Assembly (NCBI GenBank): GCA_041678455.1
Contig: JBAYOH010000003.1
Coordinates: 1 to 57,900 of the forward strand
DNA: 57,900 nucleotides
Origin: Methanofastidiosum sp.
GTDB taxonomy: Archaea > Methanobacteriota_B > Thermococci > Methanofastidiosales > Methanofastidiosaceae
Direction: 5' to 3'
Part shown: positions 49,504-57,900 of the stretch, one piece after another
Position numbering within the stretch: the stretch's first letter is position 1
Layout of the letters: each line of letters begins with the position of its first letter
Notes under the pieces: model-generated
Databases searched by the model: none
What the model was told of the DNA's origin: nothing
What the model saw: only the letters and a program-made list of their open reading frames with translations
Program-made: the position numbers and the translations under genes

Positions 49504-50553
49504 TTACATCCTCTTTAGCATAAGTATTTCGGAAAATCTGAGTATATCTGTTTTTGATATGAATCCGATAAGCTTATCGTTCTCAAGGACTGGGGCCCTC
49601 CCAAGATTTTTTGCTGTAAGCTTTGTATGGAGTTCAAATACTTCCATATCGGGGATTGCAATGATTATATCCTTCATCATGGCATCTTGAACTTTAGTAT
49701 CGATCCATTTAATCCTTGGAACAGATAGAAGCTCATTTATTGTTATGATCCCTAAAAGATTGCCATCAAAAACAACAGGATAACCTTTGTACCTTTTTTC
49801 AATCAGGAGCTTTTCAAAGTCTTCCAAGGTATCGTTTGGCGAGACAGTAACTACATCTTTCACCATTAGGTCTTTTACCTTTATCCCTTTGAGTGCCGAT
49901 GACATCTGGGTAGACTGATATTCCCCCATGCCCCCCATGTATATGAAAAAAGCAATTATGATAAGCCATGGATTATACAAAACACCGACAAATGCGAAGA
50001 CTATTGCAAGGCCTTGGCCTATCCTAACAGAAATCTCAGTTGCTTTTAGGTAGTCCATCTTTGTAGCCAAGAATGCCCTTAATACTCTGCCCCCGTCCAT
50101 CGGAAATGCAGGTATTATGTTGAATAAACCAAGCAAGAAATTTAGGGACATCACAATTCTAACTATATCTTTTAATGAAGTTAACTCGACCCAGTTGAGG
50201 TCAAAATGCATGTTGAGCCCAAAAAGAGATCCAAATAAGAATAATACTGCGCCCAGAGCTATGCTCGTAAGAGGGCCGATGACTGCAATTGCAAACTCAT
50301 GCCTCTTTGGTATTGCCTCCATCTGAGACACCCCCCCTATCGGCAGAAGGGTAATCTTTTTAATCTTAGCGCCATAATGCCTTCCAACTAGAGAATGTGC
50401 CAGCTCATGCACTAAAACTGAAGCAAATAACAGGACAATTACTAGCAAAGGTATGAATCCAAAAATCGAAAAAATCAAAAGAAGCAGCAAAAACGTGATG
50501 TGAAGCTCTATCGGGATACCTAGTATACTTCCAAACTTTAAACTCCAAGGCAT
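49504..50553 (-). CDS. M50 protease with CBS pair
   Basis: HELAH, NIIPAFPMDGGR, two CBS domains. Confidence 0.92.
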   Translation of the reverse strand: MPWSLKFGSILGIPIELHITFLLLLLIFSIFGFIPLLVIVLLFASVLVHELAHSLVGRHYGAKIKKITLLPIGGVSQMEAIPKRHEFAIAVIGPLTSIALGAVLFLFGSLFGLNMHFDLNWVELTSLKDIVRIVMSLNFLLGLFNIIPAFPMDGGRVLRAFLATKMDYLKATEISVRIGQGLAIVFAFVGVLYNPWLIIIAFFIYMGGMGEYQSTQMSSALKGIKVKDLMVKDVVTVSPNDTLEDFEKLLIEKRYKGYPVVFDGNLLGIITINELLSVPRIKWIDTKVQDAMMKDIIIAIPDMEVFELHTKLTAKNLGRAPVLENDKLIGFISKTDILRFSEILMLKRM

Positions 50554-50570
50554 ATATTGTCCTTAGAAGT

Positions 50571-50588
50571 TAATACTTATAAGTATTA
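50571..50588. promoter_or_regulatory. Perfect 18-bp palindrome overlapping the putative TATA box of the M50-CBS operon
   Basis: TAATACTTATAAGTATTA, about 25 bp upstream of ATG 50553. Confidence 0.45.
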
Positions 50589-50870
50589 GTTTTTGGGGGA
50601 GCCAAAAAATTTTTTTGTACCCTTCGAGAAATTATACTGCATTGGCTCCCAAGCTAAAGAAATTGGGTACATTTATATAATTTTGGTTGATTCGAATTGA
50701 ACACTAATTCTAATAAAAGATTTTATGTTACCGCTAACAAAAACTAAGGTGAAAAGATTAATATATTTGAAAATTAAGCTAAAGGGGCTTAAAATGAATG
50801 ATGTAGATAGACGTATTTTAAAGGAATTAGACAAAATATAGAAAGATTTAGATAACGGCGAATTATCTAT

Positions 50871-51080
50871 ATGAATAAGGAAGAATTTCTAAAAGAAATT
50901 CAGGATTGTGGGTATATTCCTCCAATATTTAAAACAAAAATAAAAGATTTGACTGTTGAAGAGTTTCGTTCACTTTTATCGAATATTATAAAAGAGGCCA
51001 CGGATGATTTGAAGGAAGACATGTTGGCTCTTACAAGTCAGACATATATCTATTCAATTGAAGAATCAAGAAAAGATTAG
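50871..51080 (+). pseudogene. Antitoxin-like ORF, probably truncated
   Basis: Ends SIEESRKD* with EEGNFF continuing in frame; preceded by a stop-interrupted mini-ORF 50794-50874. Confidence 0.4.
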
Positions 51081-51260
51081 GAAGAAGGAAATTTTTTCAT
51101 TTTAGGAAATGGAGAGCGATATTATTTTAATAGATTAAAAAAATAAGAGACGAACTTTCAGTTTATTATGCCTCCAGAATGAAATTGTAATCAAATATAT
51201 AATGGCGCAGCTTCCAATAATTTTATATACCTAAGTATACCAAAGTATACAGGTGTTGTT

Positions 51261-51497
51261 ATGGCCACTACTATCAAAATCCATGAAGAAACTAAGCAGG
51301 AAATAGATTTATTTAGAGAATATAAAAATGAAAGCTATGACGAAGTTATAAAAAAAATTTTGTATATTGTAAAGAACTGTAAGGATAATAAAGAACTAAG
51401 CCTAGAAACTATCGAAGCGATTGAAAAGGCAAGAGAAAGGATAAAAAAAGGCTATTTTTTAACAGAAGAAGAAGCAAGATTAAGGCTTGGATTATAA
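51261..51497 (+). CDS. RelB-like archaeal antitoxin
   Basis: MATTIKI...ESYDEVI...IKKGYFLTEEEAR. Confidence 0.75.
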   Translation: MATTIKIHEETKQEIDLFREYKNESYDEVIKKILYIVKNCKDNKELSLETIEAIEKARERIKKGYFLTEEEARLRLGL

Positions 51498-51546
51498 TAT
51501 TCGAACGTCAGGAAACTTTTTTAACTTTGAAATATTTTCAAAGTAG

Positions 51547-51797
51547 ATATATCTAATTAAATTTGATTATGATGCTATTGATTTTCTTAATAGTTTATCA
51601 GAAAATATAAGCAGAATTTACTGTAAAATTATCCTGCAAAAGATAATCCACATCACTATTTTGAAAAATTAGCAAGTAGAGAAGATTATAAGCTTCGAGT
51701 TGGAGACTATAGAGTTATAGCGGATATTAATGATCAAAGTAAAGTTATTAATATAACTCATATAGGTCATAGAAAAAATATTTACAAAAATATATAA
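51547..51797 (+). pseudogene. relE: RelE toxin, frameshifted, ATA at expected start
   Basis: YLIKFDYDAIDFL... then YKLRVGDYRVIA...IGHRKNIY* in another frame. Confidence 0.8.
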
Positions 51798-51808
51798 TTA
51801 AAAATCAA

Positions 51809-51881
51809 CGGACCAGGGGGGATTCGAACCCCCGACCTATAGCTTAGGAGGCTATCGCCATATCCACTAGGCCACTGGTCC
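51809..51881 (-). tRNA. tRNA-Arg(CCU)
   Basis: GGACCAG/CTGGTCC stem, ATAGC-CTCCTAA-GCTAT, GTTCGAATC. Confidence 0.95.
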
Positions 51882-51892
51882 CAAATCGGATT

Positions 51893-53713
51893 TTATAGTA
51901 TTATATATAAGTTTTTACCATTTAAAATTCCATCTTCGATCTGCTCGGCGATTGGATTTTTGTTTGATATCTTGATTTTTCCAGATTTTGGAACATTAAT
52001 CTCTTCAAGATACTCATCTTCTAAGAATATCTTGATGTTTTTACGGGCAAACTTTTTTTCAACATTTATGAGAACATATTTTTCCCTGAAGTCTACATCT
52101 ACCGGGATTCTGCCCTTTTTCCCCTTCTCTTGAGTCTTTTCCATTGGCCTTACATCAATTGAAAATCCTATTGCGTTTTCAAGTGCCCTTATGTTCTTGC
52201 CTTCCTTGCCGATTATTGAAGGGATGTCGTCATTTTTTAAGTATAGTGCAATCCTGGAATCTGAAACTGCCTCTAGATCAAATTGTATCCCAAGCTCGGC
52301 GTTTAATTTTTCCTTTAGCTTGGATAAGGCCAATTTTTTCATGGGAGAAGTTTCTTTTCTCCTGGCCTTAAGCGGCATGACTACGACCTGCTCCCCATAT
52401 GTGTAAATCTCATAGAGAGGCGTCTTTGTGTAGAAGTCCTTTATTTCAACTATTGGCCTTGCAAGGTCAGCTTCGCTCATGCCGTGGGGCACCTTCACAA
52501 GAAATTCTAATTCTAAAACAGAATTTACCTCTCCGTTTTTTATGAAGATAATGGTATCTATAAGCTGTGGGATGATACCTAGCTCAATTCTTCCTATGAA
52601 ACGTTGTATAGCATCAACAGGCTTTGTCGCATGGACAACACCGACCATGCCAACACCTGCTAATCTCATATCAGCATAAATCTTGAAATCATTTGTGACC
52701 CGCATCTCATCGAAGATTGTGAAGTCTGGCCTTACCAAAAGCAGGATATCCCCAGTTTTTGCCATATTGCCTTCTAAAGCGGTATACTGAGTTATCTCAG
52801 GCTGGACATTTAGATCCCTTGGCTTTTCCATAGTCTTTACTATTTTTTCTAAAGATGCATAAAATTCTGCTATGGCCTGGGCAAATGTAGACTTGCCCAT
52901 CCCAGGTGCACCTGCAATAAGAATGCCTTCTGCAGTTTCAAGCCTCTTCATTAGCTGCTCAGGCAGATTATACTCTTCAAGTGTGAGTTTTTTTACCGGT
53001 CTTACAGCTGTTATTTCAAATCTATCTGAAAACGGCGGTGAGGTGATGACTATCCTATATTCTTGCAACTGGACAACGCTTGCACCTTTTTCGTCAAGCT
53101 CAATGAAGCTGTCCTTTGTAGTTTTTGCCCGCTCTAAGATATTAAGAGAGATTTCTTTTAGCTCATCTTCGCTGTAAACTCTATCAAACTTTTCTAGGGC
53201 TATTGTGCCAGGCTTTCCTTTTTTTCGTGCAGGTGTTATCCCATCCTTTAGATGAACAGAAAGAGTTTCTAAATCAAAGAAATCTTCGATCTTAAGTTTT
53301 ACTTTTTTATATGGTTTTAGAAAAATAGACTGTACCCCTTTGGCCTCGGCAATATCCTTCTGTATTAAATCCCCTGTGATAAGGGTGCCGCCTAGGTCCA
53401 TTGCGGCTTCCCTGATTACGGCATCAATGTCTCCCTTTTTTGCACCTGCTATCTCATATCTTGTTAGCCTCCTGCCGTAGTATTCTAAAGGTACGAATAT
53501 CTCTCTTGATATATTGAATATAGCCTTTAACTCTGAAATGCCAGATATACCAGAGGATTTTCCCTCGTTTGCCAGATGCTCAATTTCGGCAACTGTAGCT
53601 TCGGCTATAACAATTCTTTCTAATTCTTTAGCAAAATCAGCGTCACGCAAAAGGGCTTTAAATCTACCGTCGACAACAACGGATGTATCTGGTACAGCTA
53701 TCATATGGATCAC
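51893..53713 (-). CDS. PIN-ATPase-KH protein (PINA / PINc-VapC family ATPase)
   Basis: PDTSVVVDG, GAPGMGKS, DEMR, GVVHAT, IIGKEGKNI. Confidence 0.92.
   Translation of the reverse strand: MIHMIAVPDTSVVVDGRFKALLRDADFAKELERIVIAEATVAEIEHLANEGKSSGISGISELKAIFNISREIFVPLEYYGRRLTRYEIAGAKKGDIDAVIREAAMDLGGTLITGDLIQKDIAEAKGVQSIFLKPYKKVKLKIEDFFDLETLSVHLKDGITPARKKGKPGTIALEKFDRVYSEDELKEISLNILERAKTTKDSFIELDEKGASVVQLQEYRIVITSPPFSDRFEITAVRPVKKLTLEEYNLPEQLMKRLETAEGILIAGAPGMGKSTFAQAIAEFYASLEKIVKTMEKPRDLNVQPEITQYTALEGNMAKTGDILLLVRPDFTIFDEMRVTNDFKIYADMRLAGVGMVGVVHATKPVDAIQRFIGRIELGIIPQLIDTIIFIKNGEVNSVLELEFLVKVPHGMSEADLARPIVEIKDFYTKTPLYEIYTYGEQVVVMPLKARRKETSPMKKLALSKLKEKLNAELGIQFDLEAVSDSRIALYLKNDDIPSIIGKEGKNIRALENAIGFSIDVRPMEKTQEKGKKGRIPVDVDFREKYVLINVEKKFARKNIKIFLEDEYLEEINVPKSGKIKISNKNPIAEQIEDGILNGKNLYIIL
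51901..51916 (-). promoter_or_regulatory. BRE-TATA for tRNA-Arg(CCU), embedded in the 3' end of the PINA gene
   Basis: Minus strand AAAAACTTATATATAA about 25 nt upstream of the tRNA. Confidence 0.5.
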
Positions 53714-53718
53714 AAGGA

Positions 53719-54462
53719 CTAGTATATTTCTCCCTGCGGGTAAACGACTATGCCCTCTTTTGATATAGAAAATGGGTACTGTTTTATCTTGTGATTTGTC
53801 TCCCTCATCTTTCTGATGAATATGCTCCTCTTATACTCTGCCATCCTAGGCATGGTCTTCTCACCTTCCACAAGATGCATTGTGATGACCCCTCTTGTTA
53901 TGAACTCCTCATATCCGAATCTAGAATACCCTTTACCATTTATTATCTCAGTTATCAAAATACAAGTTGCATTTGTCTCTGTTAGAACCCTACCCATCAT
54001 GTAGATATCATCACGCATTTTTTCAGGTTCATCTGAAAAGAAAAATGCAGGGAGCGAGTCTATGACAATTCTTTTTGCATCTATGTCCATAGCTATCTCA
54101 TATAATTTTGAAAGAAGAGACTTTATGTCGACATCACTTTTGACGTAAAAATTTTCATCTGTTGGAACTCCAACCCGAAGCGATGCAGCGTCAAGTATGG
54201 CGATCTTTTTCTGATCTTCGTACTTTTTTAAATCCCACCCAAACTGGAGCGCTTCTCTCCTAAGCTCCTCAGGTTTTTCTTCAAACGTTACATAAATGCC
54301 AGCTTCGCCAAAGTCCTTGGCACCGGAGTAGATATACTGCAGGGAAAATATAGTCTTTCCTGTTCCTGCCTCACCAGACAACAATATTGATGAGCTTTTT
54401 GGGAGGCCTCCGCCTATTAGTTCATCAAGACCTTTAATTCCTGTCTTTACCCTATCTTCCAT
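53719..54462 (-). CDS. Single-domain KaiC/RAD55-like ATPase
   Basis: TGIKGLDELIGGG, GEAGTGKT, FEE, VIDS, IRKMR. Confidence 0.9.
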   Translation of the reverse strand: MEDRVKTGIKGLDELIGGGLPKSSSILLSGEAGTGKTIFSLQYIYSGAKDFGEAGIYVTFEEKPEELRREALQFGWDLKKYEDQKKIAILDAASLRVGVPTDENFYVKSDVDIKSLLSKLYEIAMDIDAKRIVIDSLPAFFFSDEPEKMRDDIYMMGRVLTETNATCILITEIINGKGYSRFGYEEFITRGVITMHLVEGEKTMPRMAEYKRSIFIRKMRETNHKIKQYPFSISKEGIVVYPQGEIY

Positions 54463-54472
54463 ATATTCTCAC

Positions 54473-54766
54473 CTATATTCTTAACGTAACTAGGAAAAAT
54501 GCAAGTATCATTATTACAAGCCCTAATATAAATACACTAAAAGATGTGTTAATAAATGCTTCCTTCCTTATATTTTCCTCCCTTAGTTTTGAGGATTTAA
54601 ATGCGGTAATAAATGATCCCATGAAGAGTATGCTTGATATTAATAGGAAAACAGATAACGATTCTTTGTATATATAATTTGATATGAGCGCATACTGTGC
54701 CAAAAATAGGGATACCGCAAACATTATGGTTGATGCATTAAGCATACTCTGTGATGTCTTGCCCAT
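54473..54766 (-). CDS. Three-TM hypothetical protein
   Basis: Hydrophobicity; tight operon spacing. Confidence 0.7.
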   Translation of the reverse strand: MGKTSQSMLNASTIMFAVSLFLAQYALISNYIYKESLSVFLLISSILFMGSFITAFKSSKLREENIRKEAFINTSFSVFILGLVIMILAFFLVTLRI

Positions 54767-55176
54767 TACCTCACCCCCGCCATAAGCCCGTAAAGATAAA
54801 AGACATACCCTAAGACACCAATTATCAGGTAAATCATATATTGATTCTTCTGATCATTTTCTTCAAGGTTGTATTTGAACTGGAGTATGATGTGGATTGT
54901 GTAGAGAAAAATTGAGATTAGAATACTTGATGATCTAGCAATTTCAGGGTATGACGCAGGCGAGAACTTCAAAAGCGCGTTTAGAATATCTGACGAGCTT
55001 AAGATAAATATGAATAGAAGAAGATACCCCATTATGGAAAAAGTTTGTCCCATGATAAAATACATTGTTTTTGACTTGTAGTCGTTTGTTGTGTTAAATA
55101 AAATGAATGTGATAATCTCTACCGTGAAAAATAGTAGTATGGCTGTTCCAATGCCTAAAAATAGTACGTCTACCAT
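54766..55176 (-). CDS. Four-TM hypothetical protein
   Basis: Hydrophobicity; 1-bp overlap with next gene. Confidence 0.7.
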   Translation of the reverse strand: MVDVLFLGIGTAILLFFTVEIITFILFNTTNDYKSKTMYFIMGQTFSIMGYLLLFIFILSSSDILNALLKFSPASYPEIARSSSILISIFLYTIHIILQFKYNLEENDQKNQYMIYLIIGVLGYVFYLYGLMAGVR

Positions 55177-55184
55177 GGAATCCC

Positions 55185-55790
55185 TTATATTGTGAATCTA
55201 TCAAATATTACTTTATTATTATCTATCCGATACTTTATTCTTTTATAGTTTCCGCTATAAAGCTTACCAAAATCGACATAGAATATCTCTTCGCCCATTT
55301 CAACGACCCGCTCTAGAAATAATGTAGCTTCGGCTAGGTGTCTTATTGATATCTCCACTTCGTCCTTGTGCATGCCTTTGTGGAGAAGGATTATTATTCT
55401 AGCGTTTTTTTCTCTCCCGATTGCAAATAATCTCTGGAGAAACCTATATACGGGAACAAGACCCAATGTAACTATCAAAGGCGATATGGAGTCTATGATT
55501 ACTGTCGTGTGTTTCCCAGTCTCCTCCCTTGCCATGAAGATATTTCGTATTATCTCATCTAGATCATATGCATAAGTGATATGGTATTTTTCAGAGCTTT
55601 TGATGCCAAGCCGTTCAGTATAGCAATCTATAATGAATTTAGGCTTGAAGAGTTCTCTAATTTCTATGGGGCTTTTGTCTATACCGACATAGATTAAATC
55701 GCCCTTGATTAATTCTTTGCCAAAATACTCCTTTCCAGTTTCTGGCTCCCCTAGAAGAAGTATGTGGTTCTGTTCTAGCTCTTTGAGCAT
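55185..55790 (-). CDS. Degenerate KaiC/RecA-like ATPase
   Basis: LLGEPETGKE (T>E at the last Walker A position), IIDSIS. Confidence 0.7.
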   Translation of the reverse strand: MLKELEQNHILLLGEPETGKEYFGKELIKGDLIYVGIDKSPIEIRELFKPKFIIDCYTERLGIKSSEKYHITYAYDLDEIIRNIFMAREETGKHTTVIIDSISPLIVTLGLVPVYRFLQRLFAIGREKNARIIILLHKGMHKDEVEISIRHLAEATLFLERVVEMGEEIFYVDFGKLYSGNYKRIKYRIDNNKVIFDRFTI

Positions 55791-56218
55791 AGGGCGATCT
55801 CACCCCAGATTTTATCTATTTCGCTTATTGTTGCAACTTTTATCCCAGGGAGGTCTAGCTTTGGTTTGTCTGTACCTGAGTATATGGCGCAGAACTTTCC
55901 TATCTGCATGAATGAATCCTTGAGTTTTACTGCGAACAATATCCCCTCCATTTTTCTCAATCTTTCGAATAGATCCTCAGCCTTTTTTATTGTGATTGAG
56001 TCGATTGCATAAGTTTCTGGGACTATTTCAATGATGTAGTAAGTTTCACCAAGTTTTTTGTGATTTAGAGTTAATCTGTAATTTAGGACATTTTTCAGCT
56101 TTTTTAAGCGGAAGTGAATAGTGGTATCTGGAATATTTGTGATTTTTGAGATGTCAGTTATTGAGATTCTCGCATTTTCTCTCATGACATCTATAATCTT
56201 TTGATCAATATCTTTCAT
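55775..56218 (-). CDS. Lrp/AsnC-type HTH regulator with atypical C-terminal domain
   Basis: IDQKII...NARISITDISK...TTIHFRLKKL. Confidence 0.8.
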   Translation of the reverse strand: MKDIDQKIIDVMRENARISITDISKITNIPDTTIHFRLKKLKNVLNYRLTLNHKKLGETYYIIEIVPETYAIDSITIKKAEDLFERLRKMEGILFAVKLKDSFMQIGKFCAIYSGTDKPKLDLPGIKVATISEIDKIWGEIALCSKS

Positions 56219-56388
56219 GAAGAGGAATTAAATCTGATACTATTTAAATTTATCGCAATTTAATTTGTTATAATTGGAATTTAATTATTGATATCTATAA
56301 TTATTGCGAATTTAACATAGATTACCGAAACACTTAAAAACAATTCAAAGCAATTTATCATTGTCCATGTATTAATGGAGATGATGAA

Positions 56389-56871
56389 ATGATGAAATTT
56401 TTTAGAAAACACAGGAAGGCTGTATCACCAGTTATTGCGGTCATGTTATTGGTCGCAGTAGCAGTAGCAGCCGTTGGAGCATACTTTATTTGGTTTAGAT
56501 CTTTCCAGACGCAGACTCAGAAGTCAGTCCAAGAACAGAGCAGTGGTGCACTTGGTAGTGGATTACAACTTGTTTCCATGACGGATGATAGAGTAAACTA
56601 CTATGTGGTATTTAAAAACACTAGCGGATCTCCTATCACATTAAAAGAAGGAAATGGAAGTGCAGTTGTAGCTAATCCTGGAGGAAATCTAACAATTGGG
56701 ACTTCTGAAAAAGTAATTGAAAAAGAAAGTGTAGACACAGTTACTGTTACACCTGGTGGTGGATTCACTCCAAACCGAGGTACCACTAGAACCTTTACTA
56801 TTACCTATACTGTGGGTTCTGGAAGCGATGAAAGAACAGAAGTCTTGGTAACAACATACACAGACTCATAA
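56389..56871 (+). CDS. Archaeal type IV pilin
   Basis: Class III signal peptide RKHRKA-VSPVIAVMLLVAVAVAA. Confidence 0.88.
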   Translation: MMKFFRKHRKAVSPVIAVMLLVAVAVAAVGAYFIWFRSFQTQTQKSVQEQSSGALGSGLQLVSMTDDRVNYYVVFKNTSGSPITLKEGNGSAVVANPGGNLTIGTSEKVIEKESVDTVTVTPGGGFTPNRGTTRTFTITYTVGSGSDERTEVLVTTYTDS

Positions 56872-56994
56872 ACTAAAACATTATTTTATTTTTTGCTAAT
56901 TTTCTTTTCTTATTAAATTTTAAAAAGCCCTTATATTATTGTAGTGGGTAATAAAATCAGTAAATTTTAAATATTAGTAGGCACTACATTTATT

Positions 56995-57900
56995 ATGGCT
57001 TTTATCAGAAAAAAGAGTAAAGGCAACAGTTACTATTACGAGTTAGTCGAAAGTAAAAGAAAAGGTAACAAAGTCATGCAAAAAGTCCTGAAATACTTCC
57101 CGTCTCTTAAAGAGGCTGAAGAGTATGCAAAATCAGAGAATATCCTCCTTCAAATCGATTATGGCAAGTGGCTAGATAACGATCTTAAAGAGAGGCTAGA
57201 AAATAAATTCAAGACACTAAACAATCTAAGGCCTCTGTCCGAAGATGTTCTAAATACTATAAGAGATAAGTTTGAAATCGATATGAGTTACCATTCAAAT
57301 GCTATAGAAGGGAATAGGCTTACGCTACGCGAGACATGGCTTGTAATAAGAAAAGGAATTACAATAAGCGGTAAATCTTTAGAAGAGCACCTTGAAGCAA
57401 CAAATCATAGAGAGGCAATCGAACTAATAGAAAAAATTGCAGGTAAAGGTGAAGATATAACAGAAATAGATGTTCTAAATCTTCATGCCTTAATTCTTGA
57501 TAAAATAAATCCACAAAACGCCGGATTTTACAGGCGTTCAAACGTATTTATACAGGGCTCAGAGTTAAAACTTCCAAAGTGGAGAGATGTCCCGGTATTA
57601 ATGGAAAGAGTATATGAAGAGCTAAACAATCAGGACAAAGGGATTGATGCGATCTATTCCTCAGTTAAAATACACTATGATACTGTGAGAATACACCCAT
57701 TTATTGATGGGAATGGGAGGCTGGCACGACTTCTTATGAATTTAAGACTAATGAGAAGTGGATTTCCTCCAGCCATACTAAGAAAAGAAGAAAGAAGGGC
57801 ATATTACTCCGCATTGGAAAAGGCCGATAAAGGAGACTTGAGACCTTTGACGATGATAATTGGGAAAGATATTGAAAGAGCGCTTGATCTGTATATTGAA
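56995..57900 (+). CDS. Fic-domain protein (3'-partial; absent from ORF track)
   Basis: Open frame from ATG 56995; HSNAIEGN and HPFIDGNGRLAR motifs. Confidence 0.92.
   Translation, partial: MAFIRKKSKGNSYYYELVESKRKGNKVMQKVLKYFPSLKEAEEYAKSENILLQIDYGKWLDNDLKERLENKFKTLNNLRPLSEDVLNTIRDKFEIDMSYHSNAIEGNRLTLRETWLVIRKGITISGKSLEEHLEATNHREAIELIEKIAGKGEDITEIDVLNLHALILDKINPQNAGFYRRSNVFIQGSELKLPKWRDVPVLMERVYEELNNQDKGIDAIYSSVKIHYDTVRIHPFIDGNGRLARLLMNLRLMRSGFPPAILRKEERRAYYSALEKADKGDLRPLTMIIGKDIERALDLYIE

Noticed and set aside
50600-51810. attL/attR repeat of the tRNA-Arg 3' end
   Set aside because: Only GATTCGAA at 50689-50696 resembles it, which is too short
53719-54462. Circadian clock KaiC
   Set aside because: Single domain and no kaiA or kaiB in the window
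57359-57541. Minus-strand 60-aa ORF, and the many similar short antisense ORFs in the track (e.g. 668..892, 14646..15047, 40966..41370, 46658..47143)
   Set aside because: They are shadows of well-supported genes on the opposite strand and carry no motifs
1-57900. CRISPR array or cas genes
   Set aside because: No regularly spaced 25-40 bp repeats with unique spacers; the repeats present are IS ends and gene duplications

Overview
Low-GC archaeal chromosomal segment. GINS23-MCM adjacency, Thermococcus-like mevalonate kinase, AglB, Hjc, PINA ATPase, an archaeal pilin and a form II/III RuBisCO suggest a euryarchaeal anaerobe, possibly Ca. Methanofastidiosales (inference, not verifiable here). 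1-5.8 kb is a decaying, very AT-rich glycan locus that begins at an IS end. 5.9-10 kb is a sugar-phosphate activation operon plus a UbiA-family gene. 10-16.6 kb is a dense toxin-antitoxin island with IS5-type relics and an isolated RuBisCO gene. 16.7-50.5 kb is mostly core genes: cobO, an ABC-2 transporter with a PrsW fusion, paaK, GINS23-MCM-Hjc-RimI, wbpABED-aglH-aglB N-glycosylation, a PGF-CTERM surface protein, transporters, tRNA-iMet, tRNA-Arg(UCU), MEMO1-mvk and M50 proteases. 50.6-57.9 kb holds a structured intergenic element, decayed TA genes next to tRNA-Arg(CCU), a KaiC/PINA operon divergent from a pilin, and a partial Fic gene. Best candidates for undescribed biology: (1) two tandem VapBC modules with near-identical homology arms around divergent specificity cores; (2) a Lrp-inactive KaiC-membrane-KaiC-PINA operon facing a pilin; (3) an interleaved inverted-repeat element at 50.6 kb. 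All family assignments come from motif recognition, with no database searches run.
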